Of a stretch of 64,000 nt of DNA, positions 52,250-63,740 are shown piece after piece. A program made the position numbers and the translations under genes. The notes under the pieces were generated by a model that saw nothing but the letters and a program-made list of their open reading frames with translations, was not told the DNA's origin and did not search any database. The number at the start of each line of letters is the position of its first letter. Position 1 is the first letter of the stretch. Location of the stretch: the NCBI GenBank assembly GCA_023231475.1, contig JALJEE010002868.1, forward strand, positions 1 to 64,000, read 5' to 3'. The stretch is from Seison nebaliae. Lineage: Eukaryota.

Positions 52250-53383
52250 TTATTTAGAAATAATCGAATTGGAGGAAATGGTAATTTCTAATTCGTTGTC
52301 GTTCATAATACTGATGTTATTTCTACCGTTCGATCTCTCGCGATCTGCTCGTCGTACTCCATTCGTCACATTGATATCGAGTCGATAATTACGATTTTTC
52401 GATCGTTTGGCGTCTTCATAACTGAATAATCGTTTAGGTGATTCTCGTCTTCCTGATTGTTGTCTATCCAATTCGGCGAGTTCTTTATCGAAATCTGTTT
52501 CATTTGAATCAGGTTTATTAGGGAAATTGACGGTTCTTTTAGAAATACGTGAATGAACCGACATACGTCCATGTGTTCTATCCGAATACATTCGACTATC
52601 ATTAATTGGAGAACGATGTCGTTGAATTAACGTCGATTTATTTTCTCGTTTTTCATCCTTCGCCAAAATATTCTTCAATAAACCATCTTTGTCTGATGAA
52701 TTCAACATCGTCTCCCATGACGATTGAGCATCGATTACTTTGTCTGTGGGATCGTTATATCTTTCGTCCATCACTTGTGCCATCTTTGTCCGTTTGGATC
52801 GACTGAGTAACGATCGTCTCTGAGGAGCTTCAGACCATCGAGCGAATCTCATTTTCATATTGGGATTATCCAACACTATTCGATATGGAGTGCGTTCATC
52901 AGACATACCATCAAAATTCGTTGGAATTGTCAATTGTGCAAGAACAGTAGCTGCTTGAAGAATATCATTGAAATTAATTACACCTTTAAACGGAAATGAA
53001 ACGATTAGGAAAAGGAAAAAATAATAACAAATATTCGGATTTACAAAATTGACATAAGACGCTTCGAATATGTTATCGACTAATTTATGAATGTCAGCAC
53101 TCTCCATTCCGAAACATCCCGACACATAAATACTTCTCCCATTGAAATTCGAATCGATTTGCAACGAATGCGACACGTCTTCCGTCTTCTTTCGACGAAA
53201 ATCATCACCTGTCAATTCTAATGATTCGAGTAACTTATCCAACTGGGGAAGGTTAATTAGATTGGATGAACGTTGGGAACCGAACCGTTCGGCGCGTTGA
53301 ATCCGTCTTCCTAATTCCTGTGGATATAGAGAGTGAAAAAAGAAGGAAAGAAGAATGGAAACTGTATGGAAAATTGATTCCAT
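52250..53383 (-). CDS. NCBP3: Nuclear cap-binding protein subunit 3-like (RRM-like domain)
   Basis: 'RAERFG', 'SIYVSGCFGMESADI..YVNFVNPNIC|VINF..AATVL' and 'MKMRFA' follow the NCBP3/DUF2414 pattern. Two in-frame 45 nt GTT introns lie at 53362-53318 and 53028-52984. Confidence 0.65.
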   Translation of the reverse strand: MESIFHTVSILLSFFFHSLYPQELGRRIQRAERFGSQRSSNLINLPQLDKLLESLELTGDDFRRKKTEDVSHSLQIDSNFNGRSIYVSGCFGMESADIHKLVDNIFEASYVNFVNPNICYYFFLFLIVSFPFKGVINFNDILQAATVLAQLTIPTNFDGMSDERTPYRIVLDNPNMKMRFARWSEAPQRRSLLSRSKRTKMAQVMDERYNDPTDKVIDAQSSWETMLNSSDKDGLLKNILAKDEKRENKSTLIQRHRSPINDSRMYSDRTHGRMSVHSRISKRTVNFPNKPDSNETDFDKELAELDRQQSGRRESPKRLFSYEDAKRSKNRNYRLDINVTNGVRRADRERSNGRNNISIMNDNELEITISSNSIISK

Positions 53384-53879
53384 GACGAATTGGAAATCTC
53401 AACTAGAAAACGAGAAATTATAAATCTCAAAAGACCGATCTGATATTGAGATTAGACGAGGATGAAATTGGGATTACAATCTACTTCAAATCTCTCTGCC
53501 AACTCAACATGACAATTGGACAATGGTAAAACGAACATTCATATCGAATAAACATCATTCCTTCCCACAGTAAAACATTGCAACGAAATGAATGAGTGTA
53601 GTACACAAGCGTAACATATTAAGCTGAATATTTTGAAATAAACTTTTTTAAAGTCCTCTTCGAAACTAACGGATCGACAAATCTCAATCGTTTGACAGTT
53701 CAACATTTCGGCTCATTACCCAAAAAACGTCAAGAAACCAATGTCGAAAAAAAAAGATGAATAAGAAAGCAGATATAAATTTGAAATATAAGCTTACGAA
53801 CTTTTATTTAAACATAAGAATTTTTAGAAACATCTTACTTTTTATATCATATTAATAATATGTAAATTTTTAAAAGACT

Positions 53880-54992
53880 AATTTTAGTGTATTATTATAA
53901 GTAAAACGATGTTTAATAAACATAATATTGATCGTAAATAGTCAATTATTTGTCTAACAAATTGTGAGAAATTTTTTCGTTTATATTTGTCGGGAAAGAT
54001 CTGAAGTGAGAAAAAATTAGAACTATTTAATTTTGAATATTGAAGAATCAAATGGTATTCCGTTAACATTTTCTTTTTTTAGCTTAGATTGTTTTATTCA
54101 TCGAAACTGTGCCTTAAACAATCAAATTCATAAATCATAGAAAAAGTGGAGTTCATACTAAAAAGTATAATATTGACAGAAAAATTTAGCAGGACTGTTG
54201 AATTGTTCACAATCTACATATGTTGGATGAGGAATATATGATATATTAATATCGGAAACGAGGGAAAAATACCTCTTAACGATTAACAATGGAAAAGGAG
54301 GGATACCAATTAGACAGAATATAAACGCCCGAGTGAATCGACGTTCACATCCTACTAACAACTCACTGTAAGATGTCACACCATCGATTGTATGCTGAAT
54401 GGAATATGCATAGAATGCATAGACTGTAAGGAAAATGAGATAGATGCCTGAATTCTATAAAAATGCTGGATTTTCAATCTGAAGAATCGAAAAGAAAAAA
54501 ACCTCAGAGAAATTTGGATCTGATTTGGTCAATGGACAAGGAAGATTTCAGACGATTATCAATTCTATATCCGAGGAGAATGAAATAATTGTAGACTATT
54601 TCAGAAAGTTCCGAATAGCGAGGTAAAATGATTCGATTAGTTAGGGATTTAGACTTTCTGGTGTTACATTCAATTCCACATTGGCTCATTCTTCTCATTA
54701 CTAGATCATAAAATGTTTTCAGGTTTTTTGATGAGTTTGCGAGGATGACTATATCATCAGCATATGGAAGAACTGCAAGATAATTATAGTTTTCCAAGAA
54801 GAAAGAGAATCGGTTATTGCAAGGAATTATTACATCGTCAAGTATTTTCCCAAATATCCAAGAGGCGAGGATGGAACCTTGACGTACGGCTTTATTGATT
54901 ACATATTCGTTTCCAATGCGTTCATTAATTTTTATTCGACCGATGAAATTCTTCGACAGCCGTTCGTATAGTATATTAGAAAGACAATACAA
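53880..54992 (-). mobile_element. 5'-truncated LINE RT/3' fragment, same family as 1-2583
   Basis: Motifs 'VRQGSILASWIF' and 'LPYADDIVILA'. The downstream 'PPFPLLIVKRYFSLVSDIN' parallels 'LPLPILFSRRVFTLIDKIN' in the first copy. Frameshifted. Confidence 0.85.
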
Positions 54993-57900
54993 TATATTAT
55001 GTCAATGATTATTCGTCTAGTTCTTCTGCTAAAGCTGAAAGCAAGATATAGTCTAAAAACAATTTTTTGGTATTTTACGCCTATAAATTAATTTTTAGCA
55101 TATTTTTTTTTATACACTAATATAATATTTTTTACTCTTTAAGACGTTCCTCCTGGGTAAATTTCAAAAGAAACAAGGTAACTCATTAGTATAGTCGGGT
55201 AACTCATTAGTTATAAGAAGTGTTCAGAGCACAGAATGGATCTTTGGAAATTATAGTGAGAAAAAGAATGAATTATATATTAAATAGAAATAGAATGAAT
55301 TAGATTGTTCTGACGTTCGGAAGGAGGATAATTCAAGGTAAACACGAATAATTAATGTTAACCATTCAATATGTTACGTATTATTATTATTAATAACATC
55401 ATAAAAATATTAATTATCATCATTTGCTAATATAAAATTTTGAAAAGAAATTTTCCTCATTCACAATTATTTGTAATGATTAAGAAGGATTAATCACCAT
55501 TCACATTAAAGGGACGATGGTGATTTACGAATAATTCCAAATGATAAAAAGTGGAATAATTATCTTGAAAATTTTCAAATTGTTTTAAATAAAGTTTAGT
55601 TAGGAAAAAGAATTTAAAAGAATTCCTCATGTTAATTCACAAACGAAAGAGATGGAAGTTGTTTCCATTCAATTGATGATATTGGAAAGAAGTTCATTCC
55701 TCTTCTTTGACATTCTTTGGCAGAACATTCACCTTTCTAGATAGTTCATTACGAACTTTATATTTTAGTCGGCTCTCATATAAGAATGAATATAATAGTA
55801 ATAGAATAGAATAATAGAATCAGTGAATAAGTTTACATAAGACTTTTCTATCCTTTTCTCATGAATGAACTTCAAATTTGAACAAGTAAATTACAAATAT
55901 CATTAACAAATTACAGTAGTTTCGTCAATTGAACTTCGGTTCAACTTGAAGGGTTTCCATTGGTCACCAACAGTAGGAAATTTTCTCTATTTCAGAATGT
56001 ACAGTTGTTGACCGACCTCGAATGGTAGTCAATTGTTTACAAATAGTTTTTAGTAGTTTTTTTATTACTATAAGTCGAATCTGTGAAAGGAGTTGACCTT
56101 TAGTTTGCAGTCAACCCATATACGAAGAAAAGGAACGTAGTTAACTTTTTTTTTAAAGAACGCAGCTCATTTGTAAGCAAAAGGAATCAATTTAACCTTG
56201 ATTTCGAAAAAAAGAATTCAATCAACCCTTATTTTCCCAATTGGAAAGTATTCAACCCATTTTGTCTAAAATTAGAATGAAGTCAACACACCATTTTCAT
56301 GTAACTAAACGAAATTTTATTTTTTTAGAAATTAAATAATAATTCGTCTTATTATTTGTTCAAGGTTCAAGAATGCAATGAAAGAATTTTCAATTTTAAA
56401 TCTGCATATTTCTTTTAGTCACATGACATGTCAATTGTCGTTAATCTGTTCATATTACACTCTTCCCAAGTCTACCCGGTTGTTTAATGCAAGATCGAGT
56501 ACTTGGTTCCTGACAATCTGAAAAATCATATACAAAAATACCGTAACCTAATTTCCAACGACCATAATCATGACTCTTTATTTTTCATTTATCAATTAAC
56601 TACTCTATAGGGATTTACAGTTATAATAAAAAAATAAAATATAATAGTTCTTCTTATTAATTATGCATTCATTTTTCCATATATTGAAATATATGCTTTC
56701 CACGTTCACTCAATATTTTTTCATACTATTCGATACTATTCATTCATGGTATACTATTCCAAAGTTTATTTCAATTTAATAATTTTATAGTTATTTCCCA
56801 AATTGTTAAATTGTCGGAAAAATTTGTCGGATTTATGTTCCAACTTTGGGTGGAAGCACAAAAGTTTCTTGGGGAATTCATTTTTTTTTTCGAAATTTCT
56901 TTCTCTATCTAATACATATATTGTGATAGCTCGAATTAGTTGGAAGTGATTTCCATGGTGAATAGAAAGAAAACGAGAGCGAATAGTCTGGAAATTGGAG
57001 TAGGTCGTTAAACTTCAAAATCTCCTTTTTTGTCTCCATAGTAATGATTTGTTGAAATTGGGAAAAAATAGTGGGACCAATTCATAAAAATTGGGAAGTG
57101 GGAAAGGGGTTTTTCTCCGATAAAAACCGTATAAGAAAAGTGGAAGAACTTAATGAATAATGTGGATAGAATTAATGGGAAATATAATTTGAAAAATTTT
57201 TAATTAAAACAATATCATTTCCATCAAAACTTTACCGCTTTCTGACATTTTTTTTCGTCAGATAATGGAACGAAAAAAACCATTAAATAAACTCATCTTA
57301 AGAAAGACATTTAATTAGAAATATTACTTGAAAATATTCTGTCTCCTTCTCAATCATTATTTTGATCTTAACATTTTTGATTTGGAGTGAAATATTTTGA
57401 ATATGTTGAATTTGACGTTGGTATGTGAAGTTTTGTTGTAGGTGGATTATTAGTATCAATGGATCAACAGATTAATTTATTTTTTGGTTTTTCTTAAAAT
57501 GTTTACTAGCTTGCTTATCTGCCTACATATTTCACTCTGTTCGAAAATGAAAGGTGAGTGAATTGAAGAGAAAATTGAGACATAATCACAAACGAAGTTT
57601 GAGTTGACCTTCTTCTATATTCAAAATGAGAATTAATGTCGAGAACATTCTACATAATGACACTGGTGCCTTAACTTTTAGTGAGAGAGAATTGGAGAAT
57701 GAAGTTGTTGCACATTTGGTCTGAGGAGGGGAATGAAGAGACTTAACGAAATATTCAAATTGGATACCTTACTTTAATCTTACTTTAACTATGAGAAAGC
57801 GATCGGATTTTCCCCCATTATAATTTGGAAAGAAGAAGAAAAAAAACGGATCGTAAATGTATTATTTTGTACCTAGATAGATTGGTAAGTGGGAGTGGTG

Positions 57901-58682
57901 GACAGTGCATTTCCAGTTACTATTCTCCTTGAAACTGTTGAAGGAAGACGAAGCGCTAAGTCGTCGAGAGGTGAAATGCTCAGAATTCAAATGCTATTTC
58001 TGTCTATTCATCTCCCAGTCGTCGATCAATCAACTGATTGATGGGAAATTGGAGTGCCGAATAAATTATCTCCATTCTCAACATTTATTATTCGGGTAGA
58101 ATTGAATAACATTTCGAACTATTTTCTTTCCTTCTTCCACCCTTGAACACTCGCTTTATTTGGTCAATAAGATTATTGCATTAAATGTGATAATAGATGA
58201 TGTGTATGGCAGATGATGGACATTTCCAGTTCATTTATCAGTTCATTCTACTCATTTATTCCTTCTCTTCCTCTTCCGTCACACTCCCTTCTTCAACAAA
58301 TAAGAAATGATTTGAAGAAATAGTCTGACTACAAACAACGAACAAATCTCTTGTTTTCTCTTATTTTTCTTTCATTCAACTACCACCCGCTAAATTGACG
58401 TCATATTATTTATTGATGTTATTCTATCGATTTTTCTCCTCAACGTTTATCCGAAATATGTTCATTTTTTCTAATTTTTTTTCCTTCGAAATATTTTTCA
58501 AACATTTCTTTCCTTTTCTTTTCTTGATAATATGAAAGAAATATTTCTCTCTTTAAATTCTATTTGGAAAAAAGGATTATTGTATGTAGTGCAAGTGGAA
58601 AAATATTCTTTAAATTTTTCTCTTTTTCAAAAATAATTTTTTAATTTGAAGATTTTATGAAATTGTCTCCTCTCGATAATTG

Positions 58683-58706
58683 GGAGAGAGAGAGAGAGAG
58701 AGAGAG
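58683..58706. repeat. (GA)n microsatellite directly upstream of the receptor ORF
   Basis: Directly visible. Confidence 0.85.
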
Positions 58707-58711
58707 GAAGA

Positions 58712-60427
58712 ATGTTACAATGTTTTGATTTTGAATCATATTATCATCGAGTAAATAAAACGATCGTAACGAATAAGAATGATTTACGTGCGATTAGGAA
58801 GAATTTGGAGAAAAATTATCATAATAGTGTTTGTTGGATCAAACCGAAAGAGTCGTCGTGTTTCGTTCGTTTCACGAAATTGTCGTGGCGTTTCGGTTGT
58901 TTTCAATCCACTGACGATTGTCGACGGAATGACACATATTGTTGTGGAGAGAAGTTGTGTAATTTGAATGATGAATTATTCCCAAATCTCTTCAGTGTCA
59001 ATGAGAGTGATCATCAACCGATATTTGGTGAGAACGAATGGAAATGGTTCGAATCGTCCACTTTCTTCCTCGCCACAACTCTCACCATCTTCATCATTCT
59101 CTTCATCGTTTCCTTGTACAAATATTGGCGATTATATTGGTCGTATAAGCAATTAAAGAAAACAGTTAATTTTCGTAGGAGTCGTCTGGTTTTTGCGAGT
59201 CGTGAACGAAAGACATCTTCCAGTCAATTGTCATTGAAATTCTCGTCACCGATATCGTGCAATTCGTCGATGTTCAAAAGTGATGGATCGACTAGTCCAT
59301 TGATTGGGAATGGTGGAAAGAAGAAGAATTTGATGAAAACCATTTTTGACAAATTAAAAAGTTTCAGTTTGATCAGGAGAGAATCACAAAAGAAAAGGAA
59401 CGAAGAACGAGAACTTCCTTTGATGACGTGCACTAAACCGTGCACTGGTTCAGACGAGACGGACATCGGTTCAGGTGGAGGTAAATTGTTGTTGAAGAAT
59501 CGAGATTTACGAAGTGAATTAAAATTGTTTAATCAAATCGGCTATGGTCGATATGGAGTGGTGGTTCGGGGACGATTACGAGACGAAGATGTGGCAGTAA
59601 AATTGTTTATGACGAAAGATGAAGAATCATGGAAACATGAAACAAATATTTATAATGAATGTAAAATTAATCATAATAATATTATTTCATATATTGCCTC
59701 AGATATGGTCGATACGCTCAATGGACCACAATATATCATCATTCTCGAATACCATCAATGTGGCGATTTAAGATCATATCTTAATGAGTTGTTAGCCAGT
59801 CATAAAACAGTCGACTATTCAACGGTACTCTCACTTCTTTATACGGCGTCATTAGGACTCAAATATCTTCATACAACGATTGATTCGATTTATGGGAAGA
59901 AAGCTCTCCTTCATGGCGATATTAATTTGTCAAATATTCTGGTGAAAGTGCCCGGTGTCGCTTGTCTCACTGATTTTGGCATGTCCATTTATTATAGTAG
60001 TGAGAAAAGTTATTTTAAGTCATTAATCGCTTCTACAACAATTGGTCGGGGTAGTTATCGATATATGGCACCGGAATTCCTTGACCGAAAATTCTCGTTC
60101 AAACATTATAAGAATTTGTTCGCGTCTGACGTTTATTCTTTCTCCCTAGTCATGTGGGCATTAGGTAGATGTTGTGAGAAAGATGTGGAATGTGTTGAAG
60201 ATCCATTCTCCTCATTCACCAATCCCACACAATCCACCATGTATGAAGTGGTGGTGTTGAAAGGTGAACGACCAGATTTCCTTGAACATGTCTGGAAAGG
60301 AGAGTTGAAACGACTCAAAGATCTAATCATCGACTCGTGGCATACTAACAGTGACGACCGATTAACTAGTCTAAGAATTTCTAAGAATTTATGTTGGTTG
60401 AAAGAACAATTGGAAGAACGATGTTGA
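58712..60427 (+). CDS. TGF-beta/BMP/activin type I receptor Ser/Thr kinase (divergent); signal-peptide exon not located
   Basis: Cys-rich ectodomain ending 'CCGEKLCN', transmembrane segment 'FFLATTLTIFIILFIVSLY', GS-like 'IGSGGGKLLL'. Kinase motifs: 'IGYGRYGVV..VAVKLF...ESWKHETNIY', 'YIASDM', 'RYMAPE', 'RLTSLRISKNL'. Confidence 0.92.
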   Translation: MLQCFDFESYYHRVNKTIVTNKNDLRAIRKNLEKNYHNSVCWIKPKESSCFVRFTKLSWRFGCFQSTDDCRRNDTYCCGEKLCNLNDELFPNLFSVNESDHQPIFGENEWKWFESSTFFLATTLTIFIILFIVSLYKYWRLYWSYKQLKKTVNFRRSRLVFASRERKTSSSQLSLKFSSPISCNSSMFKSDGSTSPLIGNGGKKKNLMKTIFDKLKSFSLIRRESQKKRNEERELPLMTCTKPCTGSDETDIGSGGGKLLLKNRDLRSELKLFNQIGYGRYGVVVRGRLRDEDVAVKLFMTKDEESWKHETNIYNECKINHNNIISYIASDMVDTLNGPQYIIILEYHQCGDLRSYLNELLASHKTVDYSTVLSLLYTASLGLKYLHTTIDSIYGKKALLHGDINLSNILVKVPGVACLTDFGMSIYYSSEKSYFKSLIASTTIGRGSYRYMAPEFLDRKFSFKHYKNLFASDVYSFSLVMWALGRCCEKDVECVEDPFSSFTNPTQSTMYEVVVLKGERPDFLEHVWKGELKRLKDLIIDSWHTNSDDRLTSLRISKNLCWLKEQLEERC

Positions 60428-63267
60428 TGAGTTTGTCATTCATTCGCATTTCCTCTCAACAACACAAACAACAACAACATGTCAGTCGTTTTTTTTTTTG
60501 TTTTTCGTTTAAACTTTCTCCACATCATACCATTCCCTCACCGTTTTCCATCAGAGAAACGTTCACGTTCACTTTCATTTTATTTATTTATGAAATAAAC
60601 AAATTAAATTTTCTTACAATTCATTCTTATCAATCATTTTCTTCTTCTCGTCGTGAGATGTATAATGTGGAGTGGAGAAGAATTGGGATTATTAGAGTAT
60701 TAAAGAGAAATTTTTTTATTCTGTATCAATTAAACAACTTTTCATTATTGTGTTGTTCATTATTTGAGGGAGCATTTGAAGATAGATCCACAAAATAATG
60801 TCAAATGGCAAAGTTAGAGATTATAATAGATATTAAATCTAATTATGGACAATAAAAACTATTTCGTTATTGTTCGTCGGTTTAGTCGTTTGGTTCAATT
60901 AATTATTGACCTTATCTCCATTGAGTGTTTAAGTTAAATGAATTCATTACTTCTCTCTCACTCAGTGAGAAGTGGGAAGGAATTGGGATTGCAAGTGAAG
61001 AAATATTATAATGTAATTATTTTTTGTCGAAGTCAGTTGAAAGAAAATTTAAGATCAGACTTCATCGAATCAGAAGAAGTGAAGTGACATGTCATAAATC
61101 TAATGGAGATTTCCCACTCCCACAATTTACACTTGGAAATTTTCTTTTAGATGTTTCATCTCTCGTCTTAAAAAACTGACGAAATTTCCGAGAGGAGATG
61201 TCGATTTGAAGTATGGAAATTTCTCTGAAGCTTTTACAGCTTCAAATTAGAAAGGAGAAATTAAGGAGAATATTATTGGGGAGAATGATGATAATGTAGG
61301 ATGGAAGAGAAGAATTTCTATGCACCATATTTTATTTAAAGATGCCATATCATTTAGGTTTATTTATTTTGCAGACAATTCATTCCTCTCGTCATGGAAC
61401 GATCGTTCCATTCACATTCCGATGTGAAATTAGTTAATTTATTTTCCTAATCTTTATCTCGAAGCGCAGTATCAATAGGAATGAACGACGCCCCAAATCT
61501 CTCCCAATGACGAGAAACAGGCAATCTCTTGTTTGTCGGGTCGCTCCAATTTCACATGTAAGTAATTGTTAGATGAACAATGCTCGTATTCATGATGTAC
61601 ATAATGATATCATATATCCACCATTGGCAGATGGGTAGGTAATAAGATTATTATTATTATTATTATTATTAATATTTTGGACATTGATGATAGACATACA
61701 TCGATGGATATAATTGTCTGTGTGTCTCCATGTGTTTTGTGTGCCTATGTGTTTTAATCGCCGTCCACTTCTTCTCCATTCCAATGCAGCAGATGAGATT
61801 ATTCATGACAAATAAATTTATTTAATAGGTAATTGAATTATAAACATATATGACTTTGACGCTCATTGTGATAATGAGAAAACGACTAAAAATATCAATT
61901 ATGTAACATCATTAGACTCTACTTTCTCCTTTACATCGTTCAATTTATAAGAAAAAAACTATTTCGTCCATTCTTCCTCGGGAAGAAGTATCTGCGAATT
62001 ACAGTAATTGATCAGCATTTATTAGGTCTCCAAATTCCGAGAAGATTTGCAATTTGGAAATTTGAAATTTATTTCTCTATTTTTCTTCCGAGAATTATTT
62101 CCAGATTAAAAAAAAACTGAAGCATTCTCTTCCGCGTCCAAATCCTTCCACTTTTAGTCGTTGGGGGATGAAATAAGTTCCGCTATCGAATCAGCTTATT
62201 TTATGTTCACGATTAAGAAGGATTGAAACTACAACAATTGCATGATTCTTCTGCTAAACAGACTTTCCTTAAGTTTCTAACGGGAAATTTCCGATTGTAC
62301 CAAATCGTTTTAACAATAACTACTTTTTCCTTCCCTACGTATATTTTCCTCATGATTATTATTCGTTTCTTTTTAAGAAGATAAACTAACTTTCTCTTAT
62401 TGCCCTTTTTCTCTTATGATGATGATGATAATGATGATGATGAACTTTATTATTATTACTGTAAGTAATTGGGAGTCGAATGGAATAGAAGAATTGAGAT
62501 TAACGAAACATAAACGGATTGATGAGGCGGACAGGCAATTATTTGATCGTTTAGTAAATTAAATGAGATGGAAGTAAGCGAACTAGCTGCTGATCGACAT
62601 TAGCAAATTTGGTTCGAGCGAGAATATGTTAAGTGAATCCTGATTATTCGTTTCGAACACAAAATGAATATTTCTCTCTAACCATTTCTTTAATAATAAT
62701 CTTATTTAATTCCCTTCAATTTCTTATTGGAATTATTTACTCCAAATAAGCGTTCATTCTAACAGTGAAGACATATCGATATTATTTTTCTCACAAATTC
62801 TCATTAATTCTCTCCTGTTTTCAAATAAATGTGAAAAACGACTAATAAAGTCGTTATTAAGAAAAAAATGAAGGAAAATTTCTTTTGAAGACATTTCAAT
62901 TTCGTCCGGAAAATAATGGTAGAGAAGTACGTTACGATTGTTTTCTTATTGACAATCTCTCTTACACTTCCACCACAACTACATCTAAAACTTTTCCTCC
63001 TCTTGCCCTCCAATTAATTATGAAATTCTAAAGGGGAAATGGAAGTTAACTGCGGAGAAATGCAATTAACGAAAGAAGTTTTTATAAACAATTTCAAGAA
63101 TTTTATGAGTAATTGATTTTCAAAAAATTTTAGTTCTTCTTTCCAGCTCCATCATACGTTACATACTCGGAAAAACTTTACGTCATTTTCCACATACCGA
63201 TTAACGTGCTTCCCATCTCTTATATTAATTGTATATTAATCATATGTAACTGATAAATTTGTGATTT

Positions 63268-63740
63268 CGGACCATATAGCTAAGTAGGACTAATTATTCG
63301 ATGAGGGACAGACATTAGGAGAGGACAGACGGTAAACAAAAAAAAATTTGTAAAGGACAATTTTCAAACATTTTATTGACATTTCGGACAGTTCTCAACC
63401 TGGATACTGAGAATATATCTGGAAAGATAGTAATAATACATAAACATTTTCCAGCAGACAGTTATTAACTAATAATTAGGACAGTTGTTAACTTACACAA
63501 CATATACAAGGCCAAGCCAATGGTTTTAGATACAGTTTTGCATTGAATCATCCAGCTTCAAATATGAAAAATTTGAAATGGATAATTTGTGGTAAGGCGA
63601 AAAAGAGAAAAACAATATTCGATAAGATTAAAGATGACAAACTGAAGAGATTAGTGCTCAATTATGACATAATAATAGATATTGTATCTCCACTTAACGA
63701 TCTTCTTTTTTTGTATACCAATCGATACTATATATTGTGA
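63268..63740 (+). mobile_element. Possible Mutator-like (MULE/Phantom) DNA transposon remnant
   Basis: Clustered GGAC(A) repeats at about 63268-63490, followed by 'NHP...GKAKKRKTIFDKIKDDKLKRLVLNY', which recalls a MULE transposase C-terminus. No second TIR or catalytic core was seen. Confidence 0.35.

Noticed and set aside
55900..56300. CRISPR-like repeat-spacer pattern
   Set aside because: The repeats are only 6-8 nt, degenerate and irregularly spaced. The context is eukaryotic and no cas genes are present.
62560..62630. GGTTCGA T-loop-like motif suggesting a tRNA
   Set aside because: No cloverleaf stems could be formed. I recognised no tRNA, rRNA, snRNA or SL RNA gene by eye in the window.
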